From NCBI RefSeq assembly GCF_004010195.1, contig NC_057719.1:34969537-35033536 (forward strand): 64,000 nt of DNA. The letters are read 5' to 3'. The notes under the pieces are model-generated. The model was not told the origin of the DNA, searched no databases, and was given only the letters and a program-made list of their open reading frames with translations. Below are positions 37,068 through 50,922 of the stretch, one piece after another. Position 1 is the first letter of the stretch, and the number at the start of each line of letters is the position of its first letter. The position numbers were made by a program, and so were the translations under genes. This DNA comes from Chiloscyllium plagiosum. Taxonomy: Eukaryota.

Positions 37068-37546
37068 GTATGTTTCAACTCTTGTTTTGTTGCATAAATA
37101 ATTTAGTATCAGAATTTAGCTTGCCTTTCATGTATGATTGTCAAGATGATGTTATTTCCCATTGTGTATCCTACTCTAGGTATTTGTGCTTGCGCTATTA
37201 CATATTAAATGTATATTTTAAATTTTTCTGGAAATTATTTGTTAAGGATTTAAATATCTGCATTAAAGTCTTTAATCTAGTGTCAAAAATTGCACTTGAT
37301 AAAGAATTATCTCACTCTTAAAAATATTCACATTATACAATACCATATTTAATGAATATTTCACCTTGATGACAAGGTTACAGAGTAATTTAGTCAATTT
37401 CCCAATGACACAAAGGTTAAAAGTTTTTCTAATGGGACTAAGAATGGAAATAGACTAAAATTAGCAGTATAATTATTTCTGAAAAATATGTAAGGGGCTG
37501 TATCAAGATTTCACAATTGATCGCACATTATCATTTTGCTTTTCAG

Positions 37547-37619
37547 GTGATGCTTGGATATACAGTGTGAGCACGAATGAATGGTTAAAAGTAGAGCACC
37601 AATATTCAGACAAACCAAG
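37547..37619 (+). CDS. KLHDC2: KLHDC2 coding exon 10
   Basis: ttttcag|DAWIYSVSTNEWLKVEHQYSDKP(R)|gtaagc, 73 nt. Confidence 0.95.
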
Positions 37620-37699
37620 GTAAGCAGCATAAATTGACAACCTAAAGTTTCCTTGTGAATTTTGTGTTGGTCAGATAATGATTGACTATTATTATTTAA

Positions 37700-38135
37700 G
37701 GCCATAAGACATAGGAGAGGAAGTAAGGCCATTTGGTCATTGAGTCCACTCTGCCATTTAATCATAGCTGATGGGCATTTCAAATCTACTTACCTGCTCT
37801 CTCACAGTAGCCCTTAATTCCTTGCAAGATCAAGAATCAGTCTCTGCCTTGTAGACATTTTAATGTCCCGGCCTCCACTGCACTCCGTGGCAATGAATTC
37901 CACAGGCCCACCACTCTGGCTGAAGAAGTGTCTCCTTATTTCCATTCTAAATTGACCCCCTCTAATTTTAAGGCTGTGCCAAGGGTCCTAGTATCCCGCC
38001 AAATGGAAACAACTGTCCAACGTCTACCCTTTCTAAACCACGCATTATCTTGTAAGGTTTGATTAGATCTCCCCTCAACTTTCTAAACTCTAATGAATAC
38101 AATCCCAGGATCCTCAGCCATTCATCTTATGTTTA
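37700..38135 (-). mobile_element. CR1-clade LINE 3' end
   Basis: cataagacatagga tail; gaattccacag...ctctggctgaagaag; attagatctcccctcaac. Confidence 0.7.
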
Positions 38136-38136
38136 T

Positions 38137-40490
38137 TTGGGTGGAATTGAGAAATAAGAAAGGGATGATTACCTTATTGGGATTGTATTATACACCCCCC
38201 TAATAGTCAGAGGGAAATTGAGAAAAAAACTTGTAAGGAGATCTCAGCTATCTAAGAATAATAGGGTGGTTATGGTAGGGGATTTTAACTTTCCAAACAT
38301 CAACTGGGACTGCCATAGTGTTAAGGGTTTAGATGGAGAGGAATTTCTTAAGTGCGTGCAAGACAATTTTCTNNNNNNNNNNNNNNNNNNNNNNNNNNNN
38401 NNNNNNNNNNNNNNNNNNNNNNNNNNNNNNNNNNNNNNNNNNNNNNNNNNNNNNNNNNNNNNNNNNNNNNNNNNNNNNNNNNNNNNNNNNNNNNNNNNNN
38501 NNNNNNNNNNNNNNNNNNNNNNNNNNNNNNNNNNNNNNNNNNNNNNNNNNNNNNNNNNNNNNNNNNNNNNNNNNNNNNNNNNNNNNNNNNNNNNNNNNNN
38601 NNNNNNNNNNNNNNNNNNNNNNNNNNNNNNNNNNNNNNNNNNNNNNNNNNNNNNNNNNNNNNNNNNNNNNNNNNNNNNNNNNNNNNNNNNNNNNNNNNNN
38701 NNNNNNNNNNNNNNNNNNNNNNNNNNNNNNNNNNNNNNNNNNNNNNNNNNNNNNNNNNNNNNNNNNNNNNNNNNNNNNNNNNNNNNNNNNNNNNNNNNNN
38801 NNNNNNNNNNNNNNNNNNNNNNNNNNNNNNNNNNNNNNNNNNNNNNNNNNNNNNNNNNNNNNNNNNNNNNNNNNNNNNNNNNNNNNNNNNNNNNNNNNNN
38901 NNNNNNNNNNNNNNNNNNNNNNNNNNNNNNNNNNNNNNNNNNNNNNNNNNNNNNNNNNNNNNNNNNNNNNNNNNNNNNNNNNNNNNAGGGAAGTGATTGC
39001 TGGGCCTCTTGCTGGGATATTTGTATCATCGATAGTCACAGGTGAGGTGCCGGAAGACTGGAAGTTGGCAAACGTGGTGCCACTGTTTAAGAACGGTGGT
39101 AAGGACAAGCCAGGGAACTATAGGCCAGTGAGCCTGACCTCGGTGGTGGGCAAGTTGTTGGATGGAATCCTGAGGGACAGGATGTACATGTATTTGGAAA
39201 GGCAAGGACTGATTCGGGATAGTCAACATGGCTTTGTGCGTGGGAAATCATGTCTCACAAACTTGATTGAGTTTTTTGATGAAGTAACAAAAAAGATTGA
39301 TTAGGGCAGAGCATTAGATGTGATCTATATGGACTTCAGAAAGGCGTTCGACAAGGTTACCCATGGGAGACTGATTAGCAAGATTAGATCTCATGGAATA
39401 CAGGAAGAACTAGCCATTTGGATACCGAACTGGCTCAAAGGTAGAAGACAGAGGGTGGTGGTGGAGGGTTGTTTTTCAGACTGGAGGCCTGTGACCAGTG
39501 GAGTGCCACAAGGATCGGTGCTGGGCCCTCTACTTTTTGTCATTTACATAAATGATTTGGATGCGAGCATAAGAGGTACAGTTAGTAAGTTTGCAGATGA
39601 CACCAAAATTGGAGGTGAAGTGGACAGCGAAAAGGATTACCTCAGATTAGAACAGCATCTGGACCAGATGGGTCAATGGGCTGAGAAGTGGCAGATGGAG
39701 TTTAATTCAGATAAATGCGAGGTGCTGCCCTTTGGGAAAGCAAATCTTAGCAGGACTTATACATTTAATGGTAAGGTACTAGGAAGTGTTGCTGAACAAA
39801 GACACCTTGGAGTGCAGTCTTGAAAGTGGAGTCGCAGGTAGATAGGGTAGTGAAGGTGGCATTTGATATGCCTTCCTTTATTGGTCAGGGTATTGAGTAC
39901 AGGAGTTGGGAGGTCATGTTGCGGCTGTACAGGACATTGGTTAGGCCACTGTTGGAATATTGCGTGCAATTCTGGTCTCCTTCCTATCGGAAAGATGTTG
40001 TGAAACTTGAAAGGGTTCAGAGAAGATTTACAAGGATGTTGCCAGGGTTGGAGGATCTGAGCTACAGCCTGAGGCTGAACAGGCTGGGGCTGTTTTCCCT
40101 GGAACATCGGAGGCTGAGGGGTGACCTTATAGAGGTTTACAAAATTATGAGGGGCTTGGATAGGATAAATAGGCAAAGTCTTTTCCCTTGGGTCTGGGAG
40201 TCCAGAACTAGATGGCATAGGTTTAGGGTGAGAGGGGAAATATATAAAAGACCTAAGGGGCAACTTTTTCACACAGAGGGTGGTACGTGTATGGAATGAG
40301 CTGCCAGAGGATGTGGTGGAGGCTGGTACAATTGCAACATTTAAGAGGCATTTGGATGGGTATATGAATAGGAAGGGTTTGGATGGATATGGGCCGGGCG
40401 GTGGCAGGTGGGACTAGATTGGGTTGGGATATCTGGTCGGCATGGACGGGTTGGACTGAAGGGTCTGTTTCCATGCTGTACATCTCTATG
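38137..40490 (+). mobile_element. CR1-clade LINE (HER1-like): endonuclease end, RT and 3'UTR; pseudogenised
   Basis: VVMVGDFNFPNINW, PEDWKLANVVPLFK..NYRPVSLTS, YMDFRKAFDKV, GVPQGSVLGPLLF, KFADDTK. In-frame stop at about 39302 and frameshift at about 39820. Confidence 0.95.
38373..38986. other. Assembly gap (614 N)
   Basis: Run of n inside the CR1 copy. Confidence 1.
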
Positions 40491-41353
40491 ACAGTCCCAG
40501 ATGTTGATGTTAGGTTGGAATCCTACCCTCTTGTGACTTTCCCAAAGATGGTTATGGGTTTGGCTAGAAATTTCCTGAGTATGGTGGAAATGAGATCTTT
40601 TCAAGGTGGCACCCTGCAATTGGGTTACGGTTTACAATGTATCACAGGATCAATCAAGCCAAGTTGTTTATTGAATGACATTTGTTACTTCTGCAGAAAT
40701 TTTTAATATTAAATTTACTTCAAAACAAATGAAGCTCTCTCTATTAAATTACATTTGTCATTGAAGGATTTTTTTCTTATAAGTGTATTGCCTTGGCTTT
40801 CTCCCTAAATCTTCAGCAACCTCAAATCTGTGGTGTGGTCTGCTATCACGAGGGATTGATGTCCCTGGATTGAAACCAACCAGTCTAATTGCTTATTGGT
40901 TAATGGCTAATATAGCTAATGGTTTAGCATATTTGTGGTCTTCCTGATGAGAGGAAATCAATCTACGATCTCTTCACCTACCCTCTTTCTCACATCTTGG
41001 AAACTGAATAAAATGGTTATTAACAATAGCAATGCCCTATTAGCAAAGGAGGTACAGGATTCACGTAGTACTTAGATATACTGGGTATTTTTTTTTTGAA
41101 GGATAGATCCTGTACTGTCTAACTGCTTCAACCTGTTGAGAATTTTTGCTAAGTGTCATATAAGGACTTTTCTTTCTGTAACTTTAAAAGCGCCTTATCC
41201 AAACATTGGGAGATGATGTTTATTGCTTCCTGTGATAGTGAAAGTAAAATATAGCTTGTGGTTGGTCCATAATTCTTTTAAGCAACATTACTGATTGAGT
41301 AACATTTTTTCACAAAGAACTGAATAATGTTATGCTACTTTAATTATCTTCAG

Positions 41354-41441
41354 GCTTTGGCACTCTGCTTGTACAAGCGACGAAGCAGAAGTGATTGTTT
41401 TTGGTGGATGTGCTAACAACTTACTGGCTCATCAACAAGCT
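41354..41441 (+). CDS. KLHDC2: KLHDC2 coding exon 11
   Basis: tcttcag|LWHSACTSDEAEVIVFGGCANNLLAHQQA|gtaagt, 88 nt. Confidence 0.95.
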
Positions 41442-41489
41442 GTAAGTGTCCTTTTTTTGCAGTATGTTAAACAATGCTCTGCTATTCTC

Positions 41490-41895
41490 GTTAAGACAAT
41501 AAGACACAAGTAGTGTTGGGCACTTAACCCATTTGAGTCTTCCTCCATTCTAGGAGATCATAGCTGATCTGATTATCCTCAACTCTGCTTTTCTTCCATT
41601 TCCCTTAATTCTTGATTTTTACTAATTTTAAAAAATAGTCTATCTCAGTCTTGAATAAACTTAATTACTGAGCCTCAACAGCTTTCTGTGGTCAAGAATT
41701 CCAGATTCACTACCATCTGAGAGAAGAAATTTCTCCTTCAGTGTATTAAATGTGTAACCCCTTATGAGGTTACACCCTCGAGTCCTAGACTCTCCCACAA
41801 GGGAAACCATCATTCCGCATCTGTCCTTAAGTCCCCTAAGACTTTCTTTTAATGTTTCAATGAGGTTTCCTCCCATTCTTTTAAGTTCCAATGAT
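41490..41895 (-). mobile_element. CR1-clade LINE 3' end
   Basis: MELKRMGGNLIET...VGESRTRG C-terminal remnant plus 3'UTR. Confidence 0.7.
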
Positions 41896-42583
41896 TAAAT
41901 ACCATTTGCTGAGTGAGCGTATTGAGGTATAAGTTCAGCAAAAGTCATGGTTGTGTAATATAATGGTTCTGCAAGGACTAACTTTGGAGACTGCACTAAG
42001 CTTCACCCATGTTGATGCCACGTGGGCACGAGCAGTGATGACACAGAGCATCTTAGGATCTTGTTGACTGGAAACCTATATCCTAGTTCTTCCAGTCGTC
42101 TGAATCACCAAGTTTTTTACTGAAGTAACTTGTACCTGATCCCTATCATGCAATAAACTGCATCCTGTTCAAGACAAGAGCTTCTTCTCATTGAGACCTT
42201 ATTGTTGATAGTAACCACCCCTAACCATAAGCTGCCAGTGATTGGCATCCCAGAATATACAACATCCAGAATACAATAACTCTTTTTTACCCTCATGGAG
42301 CCCTGCAGCTCCACATCAGAATGTAAGTTTTTGGAGGACACAACTCAAATCTATTTAAAACCAAACTTCTTATTTGCATCTTCACAATTTAAATGATATT
42401 CACATGTAAGTGAATTTTTCAAAAAAAAAATTAGTCTTCTGAAATTAAAAATGCATTATAGTGAGTTATGAAGTTCCCATATCTTTATAAAAGCATAATC
42501 TGTTACTAATATTTTACTGGGCTAAAAATTACAATAAGTTTCCTTCAGCTTTAGACAGGTTAAACATCTGTACAAGAGAGTAG

Positions 42584-42645
42584 GAGAAAGTGAGGACTGC
42601 AGATGCTGGAGATCAGAGCTGAAAATCCAGCAACACGTTTTCAGC
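42584..42645. mobile_element. About 62-bp minimal family A PLE insertion (tail plus short inversion)
   Basis: Flanked by TCTGTACAAGAGAGTAG at 42567-42583 and 42646-42662; the interior matches the family A 3' end in both orientations. Confidence 0.75.
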
Positions 42646-43280
42646 TCTGTACAAGAGAGTAGCTAATTAATTAATTTGTTAAATTATTTCACTATGTTCC
42701 TGCACTGTAGCCATGAAAAGTATGAATATAGAGCCTCTGTGTAGGTTTTAGCATCTAATATTTATTTGGATGGAAATGTTGTGCAGGAACGGAGGAAAGG
42801 CAGGTGATTGGCACCGAGTAATAGAACAGATGCAAATATAATCGGCCACATGGCCCCCTCCTATGCCATGACCGTTCTGCGATTTCATGGTAAATGAGTA
42901 AAATGAAGTGTTAAGGAATTTTAAAAAAAAAAATCTCCATACTCATTTGTTTAACTTCACTGCCCAGAACTTGGTTTCTGCTTCAATGCAGCAGAAGATA
43001 TTGCTAGTGAGTGAGTAGCAAGTTACTTTACCCATAATAAGTAGCCTTATGGTCTTATACTAGTAGGAATTTTGGTTCCTCAGAATAATATAGTCAGAGC
43101 CAAGTCAGTGGCACAGGGACAAAACAGCTGTACAGGAGCTGAGGAAGAATAATAATGGAAGAATAGTGCTTCTAGAAGCATAGAAACGAAGAACAGGAGC
43201 AGGCCATCCAGTCCTTCAAGTCTGCTCTACTGTTCAATGTGATTGTGGATTATCCTCTATCTCAATGCCATTATACCCAG

Positions 43281-43730
43281 TTTTGGATGTAGGTTTGCTC
43301 ACTAAACTGGAAGATTCATTTTCAGATGTTTCATCACCATACTAGGTAACCTCTTCAGTAAGCCTCCCGATGAAGCACTGCTGATGATTCCTGCTTTCTA
43401 ATTAATGTTTGGGTTTCTTTTGGTTGGTGATGTCATTTCCTGTTTTTTCTCAGGGGGGTGGTAAATGAGGTCCAAGTCAATGTGTTTGTTGATTGAATTC
43501 CGGTTGGAATGCCATGCTTCTCGGAAATCTCGTGCAAGTCTCTGTTTGGCTTGTCCTAGGATGGTTGTGTTGTCCCAGTCGAAGTGGTGTCCTTCCTAGT
43601 AGTATGTAGGGATACTAGTGAGAGAGGGTCATGTCGTTTTGTGGCTAGTTGATGCTCATGTGTCCTGGTGGCTAGTTTTCTGCCTGTTTGTCCAATGTAG
43701 TGTTTGTTACAGTCCTTGCACGGTATTTTT
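43281..43730 (-). mobile_element. Penelope-like element, family C, 3' part (GIY-YIG and pLTR)
   Basis: Clearly homologous to 11095-11535. Minus strand CTGAAGA-G-GTTACC-TAGTAT-GGTGAT-GAAA-CATC at 43324-43358. Confidence 0.85.
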
Positions 43731-46159
43731 TTGCAGCTCCAAACATGATAGTATGTTGTTTCCCTGGTGCCAGGATCAAGACTTCCACATCACTCTCTTC
43801 CACCAGAAGAATGTCCTGAAGGCATAAACAGCCAAAGGTCATAATTCAAGTTAGGAAAGGAGAGGAGGTCCTGAAAGCCAATTTCAGAGAACGAGGAAGA
43901 TTGAAAAGCAGTTATCTCACAATTACTACCAGTCCCATGTGCACGTGAGCACAGAGACAGAATTAAGCAATTGAACATGTGGCTGAAAAATTAGTGCAGG
44001 AAGGGTATCAAATTTGAGGTATTGGTACCAGTTCTAGGGCAGATGATACTTATCCCAGGATGAACAAGTTGCATTTTGGCAGGACCAGAGCTGACATCCT
44101 TGCAGGGAAATTTTGTGGGAAAATGGTGCTGTTTGGAATGATTGTCGGTAGATTGGGAACTCAGAATACAAATTTATTGTCACATGTACTTTTACATTAA
44201 AAATACAGTGAAAACATTTACAATTTACCCCACAGTGGCACCTCTAATGACAGAAGTCATATTTAATAATGAAATTAAAGTAAAATAAAGACAAAAGTTC
44301 ATCAGTTTAGTTCATGGCTCCTGGGCTTGAGGCAATACAGATTTTTAAAAAAAAACCTGAAGATGCAGCCAGGACGAGACCACCCAGCTGGGCCGCTGGA
44401 ATGTTGAGCCAGAAGCCCCTGCTGAAGATGACCATCATGGTGGGCCAAACTCACCTGCCAGGCTGCTGGAGTACCTGGAAGTTGAAGATGAAGGAGACCA
44501 TCACACTGGGGATAAGCCGTGCCAGGCTGAGAATGCTTTTCTCCTCCTCCAGGTTCCTGGGCCACAGCTTACCCTGCCAGTCATGGTTGAGGGATTTATT
44601 CTGGCACCTGTTCTTTGCTCCCCGCAAGACTCTGCACTGGAGTTCGGCACGTCCTAGCATTTTTGCTGCTGCCGCCGGAGGCTGCCTCTTTCGTTCTCTC
44701 CTCTACAAGCTTAAAAAAAGAGAAAAAAAAAGGGGGAGACAAAAAGTAAAAGAGCAAAAGCAAATAGAGGGGGGAAAAAAAGCTGACGGGAGCAGATGAT
44801 CCCTGGGCTCAGACCACTTACTCCACCCCCATCTTGAATTCAACCTTGAGAGGGATCGCTGATTCAGGGGAAACATTAGTAAAAGGAGTGAGCAAGACAA
44901 TAATAATGAGCAACTTCAATTTGCATAGATTGGATTAACAGGTCAGCACTTATGTTCTGGACAATGAATTTCTGGAGTGTACAAAATGGGTTTTGGGTCC
45001 AGTATAATGAAAAGCCAACTGGGCTAGTTTGCATTTGGTATTGTGTAATATTAAAGGGATAATTCAACCTTGTTATAAAGGGGCTCTGGGAATTAGAGAC
45101 CATGATATAATATTACATGGTGTATGAATGAAAATAGGGTGTTAAAGTTTGAGCAATAAAAACTGGATGAGTATGAATGGAAAGCTGGCTGGCATCTATT
45201 GGGAAGATAAATAAAAGGATTTGACAGTAGACAGGCAAGGGCTGAGGGGAAACCAGTGTTTAAAGAAATATTACAAGGTGTATAACAAATTTATAACATT
45301 CTTTTAATTCCCAGAACCCCAGAGCAAGGTTGAATTCTCCCTTTATGTTTCCTTCAAGGCACAGTCACCTAAAAGGGAAAGGTGAATCAATCATGGTTCA
45401 CAAAATTAGTGTAAGATTGCATTAGATTGAAGGAAGTGGTTGAGGGATTTATTCTGGCACCTGTTCTTCTCTCCTCGTGAGACTCTGCCAGAATGCTAGA
45501 AATAGTACATAAACAGCCTGAGCATTGAGTACAAGAAAGTGCTCAGGCTAAATAGACTGAATGGCCTACTCCAGTTCCGACAGAACTTCAACTAATTCAC
45601 TCTTGCAAGTAGCAATCTATTTCAGCACCATTGGATACAACAAAGTTTGTTTTTATTTCCAGTACAAATTGTTCCACATACAAATATTCTGGCAGTACTA
45701 ACTGGTATCAAACTACTGTCCAGATATACTGTCACACTAGTCCTTTGCCAGTTTTTTAAGACTCCATGTGTAAAGCAGGTTAGGTTATATGACTATCTGC
45801 AATTTTTTTTTTCCCAGTGCAGGTCAAGCTAAATGTAATAGAGAATCTGAGTACTTTATAATTAATATTTAAGTTGAAAATTATTCAAAATTATTGGCAT
45901 CAGTGGTCTTGAGAAGGAATGGTCTCTGCATTTTTTAAAAATGTGCAGCAGGTCACTTAGTGGATTATTCGGTTCTTTTAAAAAAAATGATATGGACCTC
46001 GTAGGTAGTCTTGCAAACCTTTTAGTCTTATTTGGAAATTTAAACAAGTGATATTAGGATTGTTACAATTTGTCATAAATGCTTCCTTTACTATCCATGT
46101 AGTTTAAATTATTTCAGAATTCTGTCTTCTATATCTAAATTTCTGTTACTTTTCTGCAG

Positions 46160-46212
46160 GCCCATAGTAATGACATCCTTATCTTCTCTGTCCAGCCAAA
46201 GTCACTTGTCAG
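46160..46212 (+). CDS. KLHDC2: KLHDC2 coding exon 12
   Basis: tctgcag|AHSNDILIFSVQPKSLV(R)|gtaagg, 53 nt. Confidence 0.95.
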
Positions 46213-47729
46213 GTAAGGCCATGATTTTGTTCATAAACAGTTGCCATGTATAGTGAATTAGAACACTAGTATTCATCTTTGAGTCTCTTTTTTTTTTCAT
46301 ATGAATTAAAGTCCAGACCACACTGGAGTTAAAATGGCTACAAGGATCTCTCTCTTTGATTTCAGCACTAATTAGTAACCTATCTTAGAGGTTGCTCTGG
46401 TAAAATGCAAGAACTGTTGCTTTCCAGTTTGAAGCTGAAACATGAACGGGTAACTTAAAAAGTAGCTTTGTTCCTATTATTATTTTTAGCAGCACTGAAA
46501 TGTAAATGTGTCCATATCAGCATTACCTGAGTAAAAAGGAAGCAAAATAAATTGATCCCAGTTAGATCTTTTGATGAAAAATTACTAACATTATAATTGA
46601 CTTCTCCAGATTCCAACGATTTTTGGAAAATTACAACCAATTCATCCACTGAGTCTGTAACTACCACTTTTAGGATCCTGGGATGTAAGCCATAAGAGCC
46701 AGGAACTTATCTGCCTTTAACACCATTAGTTTCTCTTAATACTATTTCTTTGGTACTGAGTTCCTCACCTTTTGTTTTAGTGTTAATGAAATGTTTGAAG
46801 TATAGTCCACCATAAAGACTGATGCAAATCATGTTTACTCCTGCTGTTTCCTTGTTCCCTAGACCATCTCCCAGATTCATTTTCTAAGATGCCTATGTTC
46901 GCTTGTCTTCCTTTTCATATATTTAAAGAAGCTCTTATTGTCAGTTTTCAAATTCCTTGCAAGTTTATGCTTGTAGTTTATTTTCTGTCTTTAGCTTTTT
47001 AGTTCTCCTTTGCTGAATGCTGCATTTATCTTTGGGGCTCTCACTGATTTTGGTCTCCATATGGGTTTTTCCTTTCAACTTAATATTCTCAATTTGCTGA
47101 ATAGCCATGGTTGGTTTATCCCTCGTTTTGAATATCCTCCTTGCAGGGATATATTTTTGCTGAGAGTCATTAATTGTCTCCTTAAATGTCTGCTACTGCT
47201 TGCTTACAGTCATTCCTACTAATCTATCCACTCAGTTCACTTGACCTAACTATTCTTGTTTCACTGTAATTCCTTTATTTAAGTTAAACAGTTGTTTCCG
47301 ACCTGGGGGATCTTTTTCTGAGGTCCTTTTCTAAACACTCCTCATTACCATCTCCAGATCCACGCTATCCTGCTGTCTGGCTGTCTCCATGAATCTATCC
47401 CTAATACACTCTACAACAATGAATTCAGTTACCCTTTCCAATTTGATTAATTTCAACATAAGATTAAAGCCACCTATAAATTATTACTCTATTCTTTTAT
47501 ACCCTATTACTTGTTGATTTATAGCCTTTCCCACAAAATTACTACTGTTTGGGGGTCTGTACAGTACTCCTACCAATGACTTATTTTTTCTTGCTGTTTT
47601 TCACCTCTGCCCAAATGCATCATCCAAGTCTCTAGAACCTCTCAATGTCCTTGTTTCATTTCTTAAGTGCTCCCCATTGTCTGTCTATCCCTCGCATTTC
47701 TCCATAATGTCAAGTTCCCAGTTTTAATT

Positions 47730-48480
47730 TTTTTGTAGTCACGTACCCAAGCTTTGTTTTGTGAGCAGTACAGGCAGATCATAGCAAACAAGGACATACT
47801 GATCATAGGGTGCTCGGACAGAGCAAGGCATGAAGTTCCGATTGCACAGGAGGTGCACAAAGCAAAATCAACATTATTTGAAATTAGATAGGTCCATTCA
47901 GCAGTCAAATAACAGCAGGGAAGAAGCTGCTCTTGAACATATTGGGTGCATGTGTTCAAGCTTCTGTAGCTTCTGCCTACCTGACCGAAGTGTTTGGAAG
48001 AGAGCATTACTGGGGTGGGAGCAATCTTTCATGATGTCAGCAGCCTTTCTGCGGCAACTGGAAGTGTAAATGGAGTCCATGGAGGGAGGGGGGGGGGGCA
48101 GTTGGCTTCCGTGATGGTCTGGGCTGTGCACACAACTTTCCATTGGGCAGAGCAGTTGCCATACCAGACCACTAAGCACCATAGAATGCTTTCTATGGTG
48201 CATCTGTAAAAGCTGGTGAGGGTGCTTATGGACATGCCAACTTTGTTAAGCCACCTGAAAAAGCAGCAGCATGTGTTTTATTGACCGTCGCATCTACATG
48301 GGAGGTCCAGGACAGATTGTCAATTATTGTCACTCCTAGAAATTAGACGTGCTCAAACTTCTCCACCTCAGCTCTGTTGATGTAGATAGGAGTATGACCT
48401 CCTGTTTCTTCCAGAAGTCAATGATCAGTTCTTTTGTTTTGCCAACATTGAAAGATGATTATCATTGAACCATGACACCA
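47730..48480 (-). mobile_element. Rex1/RTE-like LINE 3' portion
   Basis: MSISTLTSFYRCTIESILWCLVVWYGNCSAQ and IMKDCSHPSNALFQTLRSGR motifs. Confidence 0.75.
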
Positions 48481-50922
48481 AGCACTCATCTCCTTTGTAT
48501 TTACCTCAAAGTGTGCCATCAGTTTGTCTGCCTTATTCCAAATGCTTAGTGTATTAAGGTACAAATCCTTTGAGTTTTCTACACTTTGTGATTCCTTCGG
48601 TACAAAATGGCATTCACAGACTGTCCCTTCTTTTTATTTTCTGGTAATAATTAACCCCATCCCTAGCAATTCTACTTTCTTCTTTCTTTGATTTATACTT
48701 TTCCATGCAACTGAACCCACTCTCACTCCCCACTATTTAGCATAAAGCCCTAGTTATGAGATTTATCAGGACTCTGGACCCAGTGTGATATAGGTAGACC
48801 CAATCCAATTGTTCATCCTACTGATGCCAATGTCCCAATAATTTGATCCTGTTTCTCCCACACCAATCTTTGAGTCACAGGTTTACCTCTTTAACCCTGT
48901 TAACCCTGTGCTAATTTCTTCATGGCTCAGGTAGTAATCTGGAGATTATTACCATTTTAGTGCTGCTTTTTCATTTAGCGTCTAGCTGCTCATATTCCCT
49001 CAGTAGAACCTCTTTCCTGTTTCTGCATATATCACTAGTACCTATGTGGACTATGCAAACTGGATCTTGCCCCTTCCACTCCAAGTTTCAGGGAGAGCCT
49101 GAACCTAGGCAACACTATCTTTTGAGACTCTCTGTCCTGGCCCCAGAGAACAGTGTCTATTCTCCTGACTATACTAACCTCAAATAGAAAAATGTTTCAC
49201 TTTTTTCTCCACTCTTTTTTGGCTCCCTGTGCTATGGTCAGTTTTCTCATCCTTCCTCCAGCCCCCAATCTCATCCACACAAGGAGCAAGAATCTCAAAC
49301 TTGTTAGACAAACTCAAAAGTTAGAGCTGCTTCACTACCTCCTGGATCTCTCTACCTGCTTTGCTGGTAGTCATATCGTCCTGTCCCTGACCACTAACTG
49401 AATTCAAGGGTGTAACTGCCTCCTGAAACACTGTTTCAGGAAACTCTTTCACCCTGACTTCTGTGTCGCAGGGTTCAAAGCTCAGACTCCAACTCGTGAA
49501 CTGAGATGGAGGTCCTCAATCAAATAGTGACCACATCTATAGGAACATCTATGAACCACAATGGGGTCCAACCAGATCTTATATCATGCAGGTACAAAAA
49601 AAAAAAATCATCTGGCCCTACTGCTGTTTTTATTACTTAGTTCTTAATTTGTTTTTAAAAATTTCCTCCTAGTTTTTGTTTGAATAGAAATATTTACAGG
49701 TTACATTCTGAAAGTGACCTATAATATAGTCAAATTAGCAGCAATTACCAACCAGTGAACTTCGTTTTTCCTGTGATATTACTGTTTTGCGCTGAGCCCC
49801 CAATCGTGGGCTTCAATTTATTCTCTTAAAAAATATGAACTTTAAAAAAAAGCTAAAACCTCTTTCCCCCACACTGAATTCCCACATTGCCTCCAAAATA
49901 CATACTCACGCAAGCTGTCTCACTCCAGACATGATGGCTCCTTAGTTACAATGGAAAGTTTACTGAACAGCCCCTTTCTTAAATAGGGCTGAGGTGAGCT
50001 GAGATCACTCTCACTTAGTTAAGATTCAATAGTAATTAACACCTGTTAAAGCTGTAATTAGGTTTCAGGTGATTGATCACTATCCCTCAGTCAGCTACCT
50101 TATTAACCTTTCCACTAGACTACTGAATGTTAAACTTTTAAAATGGAGGAGGAGAAGAAATGTTTACCAAACCTATTCCCATGCTGCCTCCAGAATCCCT
50201 GAGCTGTATACTCTTGGTGTGATATCTCCTTCCTGACCATGCAAAGCTTACTTTTGGAATCAATTATTGAGGTAGTGCATTTTGGAAATCATAATCTAAT
50301 CAAGCAGTCCCTGCCTGGCTTCGTGAAAGGGAACTCATATCTTATTGGAATTTTGAGGAAGTCTCAACCAGAGTCTAAAGAGTGGGGATAAATGTGTTGT
50401 ATCTGGACTTTAGGAAGGGGTTAAAAAAGGGAGCTCACAAAAGTTTGTAATAAGATAAGAGCCCATCACATTGCAGGTGGTATATTAGCATGAATGGAGA
50501 ATTGGCTCATGGGCAGGAAACATCAAGTGGGAATAACGGGTTTTTATTAAACTGGTTGGTGACTTGTTACTTTCCACAGAGATCATTGCTGGCATCACAC
50601 TGTATACAATATATGTTATAGTGGTGCTGCTGCACATTGTGTGAAGGAATATTGGTCAACTTCAACATCCCATTCCACCCAAACACAATTCCCTGCATCT
50701 TTTTAGTAAAATAGAAAACTACCTGGCAGTCATATGGATCCTTTATATTATATGTTAAACTTTTATGAATTATTTGCTATGTTTTTTCAGAGTGCTGATT
50801 GAATTGTTACATTGTGGGATGAAGTTAATGTAAGATTGAAATAAAACTTACAAAAAAAACTTTAGTATGGAGAATAATTTCTATAGTTTTCAATTGATTT
50901 TTGTATTATTTTCATCCCTCAG

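Noticed and set aside
36821..37321. 166-aa ORF as a separate gene
   Set aside because: Only 36955-37067 is coding (KLHDC2 exon 9); the rest is open intron sequence
38218..39304. Long 214-323-aa ORFs in the ORF track
   Set aside because: Artefacts of reading through the 614-N gap; the flanks are CR1 ORF2
39320..40299. Possible active reverse transcriptase gene
   Set aside because: 5'-truncated CR1 copy with a stop near 39302 and a frameshift near 39820
44314..44799. 161-aa ORF as a nested gene
   Set aside because: No recognisable domain, runs through A-rich low-complexity sequence, and has no splice or promoter support
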